NCBI GenBank assembly: GCA_035575695.1
Contig: DATLXP010000078.1
Span: 1,838 to 65,837, forward strand
Direction of reading: 5' to 3'
DNA: 64,000 nt
Source: Vicinamibacterales bacterium
GTDB lineage: Bacteria > Acidobacteriota > Vicinamibacteria > Vicinamibacterales > 2-12-FULL-66-21
Of the stretch, positions 55,168 through 64,000 are shown piece by piece. The notes beneath the pieces were generated by a model. That model made no database searches. It was not told where the DNA came from and was given only the letters and a program-made list of their open reading frames with translations. The position numbers were made by a program, and so were the translations under genes. Within the stretch, counting starts at the first letter, position 1; each line of letters starts with the position of its first letter.

Positions 55168-58082
55168 TGTCGCTGCTGTTTGCGCTCGTCCTGCTCGTCG
55201 CACAACCCCCCGTCCAACAGGCGCCTCCAGTGCTCCACGGCGCGGGGCAGTTCGCCGGCAAGAACATCGTCGCGACCGAGGTCGTTCTCGAGGGGCGTCT
55301 GGCGGACGACGCGACGCTCAGGGACCTTATTGAGACCCGCACCGGCACGCCGCTGTCGATGGCGGCGGTGCGGGAATCGATCGCCCACCTCTACAGCCTC
55401 GGGCGCTTCCAGGACATCCAGGTCGAAGCCGACGAGGTGCCGGGCGGTATTCGCGTCCGGTTCAACCTGATCCCGATTCACGCCGTGCAGCGCGTGGAGT
55501 TCCGGGGCAACACCGCGCTCGGCGCGGGTGAGTTGAGGCGGGCGATGTCGGACCGGTTCGGCTCCACCCCCTCGCCAGGACGCGCGGTCGAAGTCGCGCA
55601 ACTGCTCCAGCGCTACTACCAGGACCGCGGCTACCTGAGGGCGAACGTGCGGCCGACCCAGGAGGTGTACCACGATCCCGATCGCACGATCCTGGTGTTC
55701 GAGATCGAATCGGGGCCTCGCGCGCGCGTCTCGAGCGTGAACATCGTGGGAGAGCCCGGCGAGCCGCGAGAGGCGTTCCTGCGCCGTGTGCACGCCGGCG
55801 AAGGCACGTTCTATCAGCGCGCCGACGTCGACGACCGGCTCCGTGAGGTCGTGCAGCGCGCGCGAAAACAGGGCCGCTACCAGGCCAGCGCGAGCCACCG
55901 CTTCCGCCCGGCAGATGACGGGACGACGGTGGACCTGGATTTCGAGGTGCAGCTGGGTCCGCCCGTGACGATCCGCTTCGAGGGCGACCCGATCCCCTCG
56001 GCCAGGATCGACGATCTGGTGCCGGTGCGCGGCCAGCTCTCGGCAGACGAGGACCTGGTCGAAGACTCCGAACGGCGCATCACCGAATATCTGCGGCAGC
56101 AAGGCTACTGGAAGGCGTCGGTCGTGGCCTCGCGAAAGACGGTGGACGGCCGGCTCGAGACCCTCTTCACCGTCCGGCGCGGGTTGCAATATCGCATCGA
56201 CGAGGGAGGGGCTGACGTGGCGGGCAACGTCTCGGTCCCGATCGAGGATCTGCACTTGGCGCTGACCCGCCTGCAGGCCGGTGCGCTCTACAACGCATCG
56301 AACCTCGGCGCGGCTGTCGCGGCGATCACGGGCCTGTATCGCTCACGCGGATTCGCGCAGGCGAAAGTCACGTCGGCGGAAAATGAGCGCACGCCCGTGT
56401 CGGGTCTTGAAGGGCGGCTGAAGCCATCGATCGTGATCGTGGAGGGCCCGCTGACACGCGTCGGGGCCGTCACCGTGCGCGGTAATGCGGCCGTGTCGTC
56501 GCAAGACCTCACCGGCCGGCTGTCGGTCGCACAGGGCCAGCCCTACGTGGAGCCGCGCATCATCCAGGATCGCGATGCCCTGCAGCTGGAGTACCTCAAT
56601 CGCGGCTTCGCCTCGGCGACCGTGACCGTGGTGCCGGCGGTCTCGGCCGGCGGAACGACAGTGGACCTGGCGTTCGACATTCGCGAGGGATCCCAGACGA
56701 TCGTCGACCACGTGTTGATCGTTGGCAACGTGAAGACCGACCCGCGCGTGATCCAGCGGGAGATCCTGCTCCGCCCGGGGCAGCCCCTCGGGCTGACCGA
56801 CCTCATTGACAGTCAGCGGCGCCTTGGTGCGCTCGGCCTGTTCAGGCGGATCCGCATCACCGAGATCATGCACGGCGGCTCCGACCGCCACGACGTTCTC
56901 ATCACGGTGGAAGAAGCGCCGGCCACGTCGATCGGCTACGGCGCCGGCCTGGAGGCGAGCCGCCTGCTGCGCGCGGACAACTCCGGCACGGCGCGCGAGC
57001 GATATGACATCGCGCCACGCGGATTCTTCGAAGTCGGCCGTCGAAACCTCGGCGGCCGCAACCGTTCACTCAACTTCTACGCGCGGCTGGGGCTGCGTCC
57101 AGACGTCACTTCGCCGGGTGAGAGCTCACAATTCGGGTTCTCGGAATACCGCGTGGTGGGCACGTACCGGGAGCCGCGGGCGCTCGGCATCAACGCAGAC
57201 GTCGGCGTGTCGGTCGCTGCCGAGCAGGGCGTGCGTTCGAGCTTCAATTTCGCGCGCAAGGGGGTCAACACCGAGATCCTGAAGCGGCTGTCGCCACAGC
57301 TGCGCGTCAGCGGGCGCTACTCGTTCGGCACGACGAGAACATTCGATGAGACCTTCACCGAGGACGACAATCCGACGACCATCGAGCGGATCTTCCCACA
57401 GGTCAGGCTGTCGGTCTTTTCGGGTGCCGTGTCGCGGGATACGAGAGATGACGTCCTCGATCCGGCGCGCGGCACGTTCATGAGCGGTGAGGGCAGCGTG
57501 GCGGCGCGCGCGATAGGCGGCCAGGTCGGCTTCCTGAAGTCGTTCGTGCAGACGTCCTGGTTTCAGCGATTGCCCGGACGGCACCGCATCGTGCTGGCGG
57601 GTCGTGTGGCACTGGGACTCGCCGACGGATTTTCACGGGTCGTGCAGGTGACGGACGCAAATGGGGACCCGGTTGCCAACCAGTTCGTGACGATCGAGGA
57701 TCTGCCCGCCAGCGAGCGGTTCTTCGCCGGCGGCGACACGACCATTCGCGGATTCGCGCTCGATAGCGTCGGCGCAGAGAAGACCGTGACGGCCACCGGC
57801 TTTCCGCGCGGCGGCAACGGCCTGCTCCTGCTGAACGGCGAGCTGCGGGTGCCGGTGTGGCGCCAGCTCGGCGCGGCCTTCTTCGTGGATGGAGGCAACG
57901 TCTTCGAACGAGCGTCCCAGATCGACATCGGGAACCTCCGAGGCTCAGCCGGGCTCGGGCTCCGGTACCGGTCGCCGATCGGCCCCGTGCGCTTCGACAT
58001 CGGATTCAAGCTGGACCGCCGGCGGGTGGGTGGCGACCAGCGCCGGTGGGTGCCTCATTTGAGTATCGGCCATGCGTTCTAG
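55167..58082 (+). CDS. bamA: Omp85-family outer membrane protein assembly factor (BamA-like; multiple POTRA domains plus beta-barrel)
   Basis: 971 aa. Repeated POTRA-like units (IxxVxFxGN...), a C-terminal barrel with alternating hydrophobic pattern and a terminal aromatic residue (SIGHAF). Confidence 0.85.
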   Translation: MSLLFALVLLVAQPPVQQAPPVLHGAGQFAGKNIVATEVVLEGRLADDATLRDLIETRTGTPLSMAAVRESIAHLYSLGRFQDIQVEADEVPGGIRVRFNLIPIHAVQRVEFRGNTALGAGELRRAMSDRFGSTPSPGRAVEVAQLLQRYYQDRGYLRANVRPTQEVYHDPDRTILVFEIESGPRARVSSVNIVGEPGEPREAFLRRVHAGEGTFYQRADVDDRLREVVQRARKQGRYQASASHRFRPADDGTTVDLDFEVQLGPPVTIRFEGDPIPSARIDDLVPVRGQLSADEDLVEDSERRITEYLRQQGYWKASVVASRKTVDGRLETLFTVRRGLQYRIDEGGADVAGNVSVPIEDLHLALTRLQAGALYNASNLGAAVAAITGLYRSRGFAQAKVTSAENERTPVSGLEGRLKPSIVIVEGPLTRVGAVTVRGNAAVSSQDLTGRLSVAQGQPYVEPRIIQDRDALQLEYLNRGFASATVTVVPAVSAGGTTVDLAFDIREGSQTIVDHVLIVGNVKTDPRVIQREILLRPGQPLGLTDLIDSQRRLGALGLFRRIRITEIMHGGSDRHDVLITVEEAPATSIGYGAGLEASRLLRADNSGTARERYDIAPRGFFEVGRRNLGGRNRSLNFYARLGLRPDVTSPGESSQFGFSEYRVVGTYREPRALGINADVGVSVAAEQGVRSSFNFARKGVNTEILKRLSPQLRVSGRYSFGTTRTFDETFTEDDNPTTIERIFPQVRLSVFSGAVSRDTRDDVLDPARGTFMSGEGSVAARAIGGQVGFLKSFVQTSWFQRLPGRHRIVLAGRVALGLADGFSRVVQVTDANGDPVANQFVTIEDLPASERFFAGGDTTIRGFALDSVGAEKTVTATGFPRGGNGLLLLNGELRVPVWRQLGAAFFVDGGNVFERASQIDIGNLRGSAGLGLRYRSPIGPVRFDIGFKLDRRRVGGDQRRWVPHLSIGHAF

Positions 58083-58578
58083 GGCACGTGCGGTGGTGCT
58101 CGCCGTCGTGATGATGGCGGGGCCCGTCAGGGCCGAGGTGATCGATCGCGTCCTCGCGGTCGTCAGCGGGGGACTGGTGCTGCAATCGGATGTCGCGGCG
58201 TCGACCCGATTGCGTCTCGTGGAGGATGCGGCACCGGGAGACCGGATACAGGTGGCGCTCGACAGGCTGATCGAGCGGCGCCTCATGTTGCTCGAGGTCG
58301 ACCGCTACGGCCCGCCCGAGCCTTCACAGGCTGACATCGACGCGGGTTTTGCGGCCATCGCACGCCGGACCGCGTCGGGCGACACCCTGGAGTCGGTCCT
58401 GGCACACACGGGACTGACCATCGAGCAACTCCGCGCGTTCGTGCGTGACGACCTGCGTATCCGCGCCTACCTTCTGCAACGGTTCGGCGCCTCGCCTGCC
58501 CCCACCCTCGTCCGCGACTGGGTGGCGGGCCTTCGCCGCCGGGCGGACGTCAACGTTCTGTACTTGCCAGGTCGCTGA
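58072..58578 (+). CDS. Periplasmic SurA-N-terminal-domain-like chaperone candidate
   Basis: Signal peptide, then IDRVLAVVSGGLVLQSDV, which resembles the start of SurA N-terminal domains. Overlaps the bamA-like gene end by 11 nt. Confidence 0.5.
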   Translation: MRSRARAVVLAVVMMAGPVRAEVIDRVLAVVSGGLVLQSDVAASTRLRLVEDAAPGDRIQVALDRLIERRLMLLEVDRYGPPEPSQADIDAGFAAIARRTASGDTLESVLAHTGLTIEQLRAFVRDDLRIRAYLLQRFGASPAPTLVRDWVAGLRRRADVNVLYLPGR

Positions 58579-58589
58579 AGGGCCTCCGT

Positions 58590-60623
58590 CTACCGCACCT
58601 GCACGCGCACGTAGTCGAGGCCAGCCGAGAGGTGACGGTCATCCGTTCCCAGGTCCACGTCCACCGGACGCGTGGTGCGCAGGAACTCGAAACGCACCCT
58701 GTTCACGCCGGCCCGCCAGTCGCGCTTTTCCACCACGAATTCCAGGACGCTCCATTCATTCGGCACGACCTGCACGTGCTGTGCACGACCGTTGATGAAG
58801 GCCGTGACGGTCTGCGGCGGCGCACCAGGATAGTTGAACGCCAGCATTCGTACCTGCACGAGGAGCCTCTCAGGGTGGTGGAGCGAGACGAGCAGCGTTG
58901 CCGGGGATTCAGCCCAGCGGAATGTGGCGTCACCGGATTTCTCCGGCGCGTGCCACCCCGTCTCGAGAAGCACCGCATCGCCGTCGCTCCCAATGTCTAT
59001 CCGCCCGTACGGCCGTGTCGAGTCGCCGAGAAAACGATTCGCCGCCATGACATCGTACCTGCCGACCGGCACATCGTTCCGGGCGGCAAACACGAGGCTC
59101 GCCGGGTATGTGAAGGGATTGCCCAGCCAGTCGTGCAACGCGAGGAGCTGGTGCCCGCCCATGTCCCCGAAGGACACGGCTTCGCCCAAACGCACCCGAC
59201 CGGTCTGGCCGACGCGCACGAGCGCGATATTCCAGACGACGAGCAGGGCGCCGATGGCCGAGACCATCCCGAAAGGAAAGCGCCGCGCGGCTGCCACGGC
59301 ATGTTCGATGAAGGTCGCCATCCCCAGGGCGAACAGAGGAATCGTTCCGTCGAACCGGCGGGCCCCGAAGCCGGCACTGCCCCACCAATCCTGGATCGAC
59401 GCATTGAAGTAGACCATCGCGCCGACCGACAGGAGCATCGGACACCCCAGTTCCGGACGCCTGACACAGAACAGCACCAAGCCCGCGGCCGAGACGTAGA
59501 TGACGGGAGACCAGCTGAAGAGGCCGTTGCGCGACGACCACAGGATGTCCACGAGGTGAGGATCCCACCAGCGGATCTGCGGGCCGACCGGCGACACGGC
59601 GAGATAGCTGCCGTAGATCGCGCGCCAGGCCAGCATCTGAGGAAGAAAGGCCAGCGTGGCGCAGACGGTGAAGAGCGCGCCGGCGGCCAGCGTTGACCGC
59701 AGCCGGACGTGATCACGGGCACGCGCCGCGGAGACGAGGGCGGCGAGAGCGTCGCACGCTGGCATGATCGCAAAGAGTGCGTTCTGCCACCGGATCATGG
59801 TGATGAAGCCGGCAATGGCGCCGAGGGCGGCCCATTGCCAGAGCGTGCGCCGCTCGCGGGTGGCGACCCACATCCAGGTGAAGCCCGCCACACCCGCCAT
59901 CGACGGGGCGTGCGTCATGCTCGGTTCCTTTACGAGGTACCAAAGCATGAAGGACCCGCACACGACGAAGGTCGTCGCAACCGCCGCGTACCTCCGCAGG
60001 AAAAGTCGTGCCGCCACGCGATACGTGAACCAGCAGCCCAGCAGCCCGTAGACGAGGCCGGCGATGCAGACCGCCTGTCGATACGGGTATGAAATCCCGT
60101 TCGTGCTGACATCTGCGCCAGCCTCGTTCAGGTGCCGCGCAATGGGGCCGGCCGCCACGAAGAATGGCGCCCAGACGATCGCGGGGCCGATCGTCCACGC
60201 CGACTGCGCGTGTCCCGTGGGTGTCGGTACGAACAGGTGCGCTTTATCTCCAAGGCCGAGCATCCTGTAATCGTTCGTGAAATCGACGTCCCGGTCGAAG
60301 ACGATCGACCGGAGGTACGCGTAGTAGTAGAAGCCGTCGCTCTGAAGGCGCGCCGAGAGCTGGAGCTGGCACGCCACGCCCACCACGAAGAGCAGGGTAA
60401 AGAGCGAGAGCGTCCGTGAGGCGCGGAACACGAGCGCCGCCACGACCGCCGCAATCGCTGCCGAGACGATCAGTGCGCCGAGCGTGGTCTCGACGTCGAG
60501 CCGGTGCAGAAAGAGCGATCCACGAGCGACTTCACGCGAGCACAGCTCGAGCGCGATGCCGCTCAGCACGCTCCACGCAACGATCCCTACGCCTCTGCGT
60601 GCCGCTGTGCCGAGGTGCCTCAC
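58590..60623 (-). CDS. Large polytopic membrane protein with C-terminal soluble beta-rich domain (possible GT-C-type glycosyltransferase)
   Basis: GTG at 60623 overlaps the upstream gene stop (GTGA). Many hydrophobic helices, then a roughly 200-aa soluble tail. The 903-aa ORF in the track would overlap the GT39 gene. Confidence 0.6.
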   Translation of the reverse strand: MRHLGTAARRGVGIVAWSVLSGIALELCSREVARGSLFLHRLDVETTLGALIVSAAIAAVVAALVFRASRTLSLFTLLFVVGVACQLQLSARLQSDGFYYYAYLRSIVFDRDVDFTNDYRMLGLGDKAHLFVPTPTGHAQSAWTIGPAIVWAPFFVAAGPIARHLNEAGADVSTNGISYPYRQAVCIAGLVYGLLGCWFTYRVAARLFLRRYAAVATTFVVCGSFMLWYLVKEPSMTHAPSMAGVAGFTWMWVATRERRTLWQWAALGAIAGFITMIRWQNALFAIMPACDALAALVSAARARDHVRLRSTLAAGALFTVCATLAFLPQMLAWRAIYGSYLAVSPVGPQIRWWDPHLVDILWSSRNGLFSWSPVIYVSAAGLVLFCVRRPELGCPMLLSVGAMVYFNASIQDWWGSAGFGARRFDGTIPLFALGMATFIEHAVAAARRFPFGMVSAIGALLVVWNIALVRVGQTGRVRLGEAVSFGDMGGHQLLALHDWLGNPFTYPASLVFAARNDVPVGRYDVMAANRFLGDSTRPYGRIDIGSDGDAVLLETGWHAPEKSGDATFRWAESPATLLVSLHHPERLLVQVRMLAFNYPGAPPQTVTAFINGRAQHVQVVPNEWSVLEFVVEKRDWRAGVNRVRFEFLRTTRPVDVDLGTDDRHLSAGLDYVRVQVR

Positions 60624-62155
60624 GGACGAACCCTGTAGATGCGGAGCTCGGCGCCTGGGTGCTCCTTCGATGCAGGGAAACGCGCGACCTCCCGGCTCTG
60701 CTCGAAGATGCGCATGTACTCCGCATACTCCTTGCCGTACAGCTGAGGCTGCTCGAGGTACGGACCAAAGGCCTGCGACGATGCAATGAGGTACTGGACC
60801 CCTTCCTTCACATATTCCTCGTAGGTGTGCTGGCGGAGCTGCGGAATGTGGCGGCTCGTGTACGGAGGGTTGGGCGGCACGAGAAGCGCGGACTCGTACA
60901 CGAACGACGTCCCCGCCGGCAGGTTGTCGCGGATCCACTGATACGCCAGCTTCGAAGTGCCTTCCCTGGAGCGCGCGACGTTGAATCCCACCGCGTCGAT
61001 CGCCGGCGGCAGAATGATTCCCACGGTGAGCGCCACGATGAGCGTCGTGCGAACGACGCGAGGGATCGAGAAGCGCCGCAGCAGGCTGACGCCCGAGATG
61101 ACGGCCGCCGAGGCCAGCAGGCAGACGAACGGAAGCACCGGCAGGAGGTAGCGACCGAAGACCAGCGTCTGCCGCGACACGAACCAGAAGTACATGATCG
61201 CGAAGGTGACGGTCAGCGTCCACCGTACGCGCCCCGGACCCTTGATCGCGCGGATCAGCGCGAGGCCAATCCCCGCAAGGGTGAAGAGCAAGGCGGGCCA
61301 TTTCAGACTGATGCGCAGATGTTTGGCGTACAGGAGCCAGACCGGCTCTCCGTATGGGGGGCGCGCGTAGCTGGCCATGAGCTCACCGTAGCTGTCGAGA
61401 AACGCGGGAAGGTCGAGCACCGTGTACGGCGACACAAGAAGGAACGACCCGGCGGCGGCGGCGAGCGTGGCCAGGAGCGCCAGTAGTCGCGACGGACGGA
61501 GCCCTGGGGTCATCCACGCCGCAAGCATCGGAAGAACCAGGGCGAGCGCACCGTTGTACTTCGTGCCGGCGGCGAGCCCGGCAGCCATGCCTGCCCAGGC
61601 AAACGCGCCCACGCGTGCACGCTCGTTCGCGCGCAAGGAGAACAGCAATGTCAGCGTCACGAAAAAGGTCATCGGGACGTCGGCCAGCACGAAATGTGAC
61701 TCGCGGACGTGCATGGGCATGACCGCCATGAGTCCGGCCGCGAGCAGCGCGTACCGGGTCCCCCAGCGCAGGCCGCAGAAGTACACGAGCGCGACGGTGG
61801 CGGTGCCGAGCGCGGCGGTCACCGCCCGGCCCCAGAGATAGAAGTCCATCGGTGCGAAGTCTCTGACCGCGTGCCACTCGCCACCCATGGACCCGAAGAG
61901 GAACCGGACGACCGCCACGAGCATCTGCACGTAGATATAGAGGCCCGGGTAATGAAAGAAGTGCGGGTTGAAGTCGCCGGTCCGCATCATGGAGTACGCG
62001 CGATTCATGATCTGCGGTTCGTCGACGCCGATACCGTAGGGGATGCCGGCTCCCAGTGCCCAGAAACGCAGGAGCGCCGCCGCAATCAGGACCGCCCCGA
62101 ACGTTGCCGTCGATTGCCGCATGTCACTGGCTTCTCGCCACTCGCGTTCGGTCAT
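60620..62155 (-). CDS. Glycosyltransferase family 39 (ArnT/PMT-like, GT-C fold)
   Basis: 511 aa, polytopic. An early periplasmic loop with a DE motif (GIGVDEPQIMNRAY) is typical of ArnT/PMT-type undecaprenyl-phosphate-sugar transferases. Confidence 0.75.
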   Translation of the reverse strand: MTEREWREASDMRQSTATFGAVLIAAALLRFWALGAGIPYGIGVDEPQIMNRAYSMMRTGDFNPHFFHYPGLYIYVQMLVAVVRFLFGSMGGEWHAVRDFAPMDFYLWGRAVTAALGTATVALVYFCGLRWGTRYALLAAGLMAVMPMHVRESHFVLADVPMTFFVTLTLLFSLRANERARVGAFAWAGMAAGLAAGTKYNGALALVLPMLAAWMTPGLRPSRLLALLATLAAAAGSFLLVSPYTVLDLPAFLDSYGELMASYARPPYGEPVWLLYAKHLRISLKWPALLFTLAGIGLALIRAIKGPGRVRWTLTVTFAIMYFWFVSRQTLVFGRYLLPVLPFVCLLASAAVISGVSLLRRFSIPRVVRTTLIVALTVGIILPPAIDAVGFNVARSREGTSKLAYQWIRDNLPAGTSFVYESALLVPPNPPYTSRHIPQLRQHTYEEYVKEGVQYLIASSQAFGPYLEQPQLYGKEYAEYMRIFEQSREVARFPASKEHPGAELRIYRVRP

Positions 62156-62228
62156 GTCTTCAATCTGCTTTCGGTTAGAATCCCTTAGGCTACGGCAAGC
62201 GTCAGCCGTTCCGCAACCTGTCTACTGA

Positions 62229-62981
62229 ATGGATCGCCTTCTCGAAGCCACCCACCGCGCCGAGCGCCTGCATTTCTGGTTCACCGGGTTTCGCGCGTTC
62301 GTCCGGCCGCTCGTCGCGGCCGCCGTCGCGGGGCGTCCCTCGGCCCGGATCCTCGACTGCGGGTGCGGCACCGGCGCAAACCTGGTGCTGCTCGGCGAGT
62401 ACGGACGCGCCTACGGCTTCGACATCAGCTGGAACGGGCTGGAGTTCGCCCGCGGCTACCAGCAGGCGCGCATCGCGCACGCATCGGCGTCCCGCATTCC
62501 ATTCGAGTCCGAAGCCTTCGACCTCGTCACCGCCTTCGACATGCTCTATTCCCTCACCGAGGAACAGGAGACCGACGCGGTGCAGGAGTTCCTGCGCGTC
62601 CTGCGTCCCGGGGGCACGCTCATCGTCAACGTGGCGGCGCTGCAGATGCTGCGCGGCAACCACGCGGTGTTCGCCTCGGAGCTGCGTCGATCCTCGCGCC
62701 GCCGGCTGCGCGCCCTGCTGATACGGCACGGCTTCGAGGTGACCCGGCTCACGTACACGAACTTCACCCTGTTCCCGCTGATGCTGGCGGTCCGCACGGC
62801 CCAGCGCCTTATCGGGTTGGCCACACCCGAAGAAGGAGGCACCGACATCACGATCCCGCCGGCGCCGGTCAACAGGATCCTGGCTGCCCTGCTCGCGCTC
62901 GAAGCGCGCGCGCTCCGCGTCACCGACATGCCGATCGGCAGCTCATTGCTGTGCGTGGCGCGCAAGCCGGCGCGTCAGTAG
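62229..62981 (+). CDS. Class I SAM-dependent methyltransferase
   Basis: Motif I ILDCGCGTGANL, with later FDLVTAFDMLY and LRPGGTLIV. Confidence 0.8.
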   Translation: MDRLLEATHRAERLHFWFTGFRAFVRPLVAAAVAGRPSARILDCGCGTGANLVLLGEYGRAYGFDISWNGLEFARGYQQARIAHASASRIPFESEAFDLVTAFDMLYSLTEEQETDAVQEFLRVLRPGGTLIVNVAALQMLRGNHAVFASELRRSSRRRLRALLIRHGFEVTRLTYTNFTLFPLMLAVRTAQRLIGLATPEEGGTDITIPPAPVNRILAALLALEARALRVTDMPIGSSLLCVARKPARQ

Positions 62982-63416
62982 CGCCGCCGTGACGAAGAAC
63001 GTCGCCGCTCCAACGATGGCGGCCCCGATGGTCGAGCCGATCACGAAGCTCCAGAAGAACGGCGAAACGAGATCGTAGGCCCGCCGCCAGAACTCCGCTC
63101 GATAGAACGCCAGTCCCATCAACTCGCTCAGCCGCGCGCCGAAGTCCGCGGGTATCCGCTGGCCCAGGAGCGCCGCCCCCGCCACAGTGGTCAGGGTGTA
63201 CCAGGGAATGACGAACCACGGCAGGTTCGTGCAGAGGCCGATGACCACGGCAGGACGGCTCAGGCGCATGAAGAACGCCACCGCCAACCCGGTCGCGATC
63301 TGGAAGCCGATGAACGGCGAAAAGCTGAGAAAGGTACCCAGCGCGAATCCCGCCGCCGTGCGCCGCGGGGAGTCGGATGACCCGGCGAGCTTGTCGACCA
63401 GTCGCCCCCAGTTCAT
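62943..63416 (-). CDS. DUF2062-like membrane protein
   Basis: ATG at 63416 overlaps the upstream stop (ATGA). SPRRTAAGFALGTFLSFSPFIGFQ...NLPWFVIPWY resembles DUF2062. Confidence 0.65.
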   Translation of the reverse strand: MNWGRLVDKLAGSSDSPRRTAAGFALGTFLSFSPFIGFQIATGLAVAFFMRLSRPAVVIGLCTNLPWFVIPWYTLTTVAGAALLGQRIPADFGARLSELMGLAFYRAEFWRRAYDLVSPFFWSFVIGSTIGAAIVGAATFFVTAALLTRRLARHAQQ

Positions 63417-64000
63417 GATGACGGGCGGCCCCGATCGAGGAGTTCGTCGTAGAGCTCCAGCGTGGCCTGCACGGCAGCGGCCCACGAGAACTCACGCTCG
63501 ACGATCTGCCGGCCCGCCGCCCCCATTTGCATCAGCGCGAGGCGGTCGTCGATCGCGCCGCTGATGGCCGCCGCAAGCGCCGATGGATCGCCCGGTTCGA
63601 CGATCCAGCCATTCACCCCGTTCTTCACTTTGTCGGGCAGCCCGCCCGCCCGGGTGACGACGCATGCCCGCCGATGCGCCATGGCTTCGAGCGTCACGAG
63701 GGAACTGCCTTCGTAGAGCGTGGGATGGACGAAGAGGTCCGCGGCTTCGTACCAGCCATGCAGGTCGCGGTCGCCCAGCCGTCCGACCAGGTGCACGCTC
63801 CTGGCGAGGCCCGCATCGGCGACGACGCGCTCGAGACGGCTTCTGAAGGGCCCGGCGCCGACAATCACCCAGCGCCATCGCTCCTGGGCCAGGCGGCCTG
63901 AGTGCGCCTTCAGCGCCGCGAGCGCTGCGGCGAGAACGTGAAAGCCCTTGTTCTCCTCCAGACGTCCGACGCTCAGCAGCACGATCTCTTCGTCAGCGAC
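63413..64000 (-). CDS. Glycosyltransferase family 4 (GT-B, group 1), C-terminal part; 5' end lies outside the window
   Basis: LLSVGRLEENKGFHVL...LFVHPTLYEGSSLVTLEAMAHRRACVVTRAGGLPD is the E-x7-E region of group-1 glycosyltransferases. Confidence 0.8.
   Translation of the reverse strand, partial: VADEEIVLLSVGRLEENKGFHVLAAALAALKAHSGRLAQERWRWVIVGAGPFRSRLERVVADAGLARSVHLVGRLGDRDLHGWYEAADLFVHPTLYEGSSLVTLEAMAHRRACVVTRAGGLPDKVKNGVNGWIVEPGDPSALAAAISGAIDDRLALMQMGAAGRQIVEREFSWAAAVQATLELYDELLDRGRPSS

Noticed and set aside
58590-61301. 903-aa ORF as a single gene
   Set aside because: Its first ~225 codons overlap the 3' part of the GT39 gene (60620-62155) in another frame and translate to Arg/Pro-rich sequence unlikely to be coding. 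An in-frame GTG at 60623 overlapping the upstream stop (GTGA) gives a coherent polytopic protein.

Overview
GC-rich chromosomal segment from a diderm bacterium, since lpxC, a bamA-like Omp85 gene and tamB are present. The gene content and repeat style suggest Acidobacteriota, but that is only a guess. About 60 protein genes, mostly housekeeping: mtgA fragment, uvrA, lpxC, lysA, tmk, the rplU-rpmA-obg-nadD-rsfS-comF cluster, dprA-topA-trmFO-xerC, hslVU, tal, acyl-CoA carboxylase subunits and tamB-bamA. There are also two ECF sigma modules, two histidine-kinase/response-regulator pairs (one with a sigma-54 activator), an ABC-F ATPase, a large BNR/sialidase-like secreted protein and a glycosyltransferase cluster at the right end. 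I saw no rRNA, tRNA, CRISPR array, transposase or prophage. Observations that ordinary annotation would miss: (1) an ECF sigma / orphan STAS / 89-aa protein / atypical radical-SAM operon, my best candidate for an undescribed module; (2) a short palindromic repeat family (core GGGGACAGCCACC) at several loci, including an in-frame triple insertion inside trmFO; (3) a second REP-like hairpin family (GTAGGCCCGACCTTCAGGTCGGGC) with compensatory stem variants, which supplies TAG stop codons for three genes; (4) two arrays of one 8-bp microsatellite, one running through the 5' end of a lipoprotein gene; (5) both transformation genes are disrupted (comF by an in-frame TGA, dprA by two frameshifts) while all neighbouring genes are intact; (6) three sigma-54-type promoter candidates. 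All calls come from reading the sequence and the ORF translations by eye. No database searches were run.
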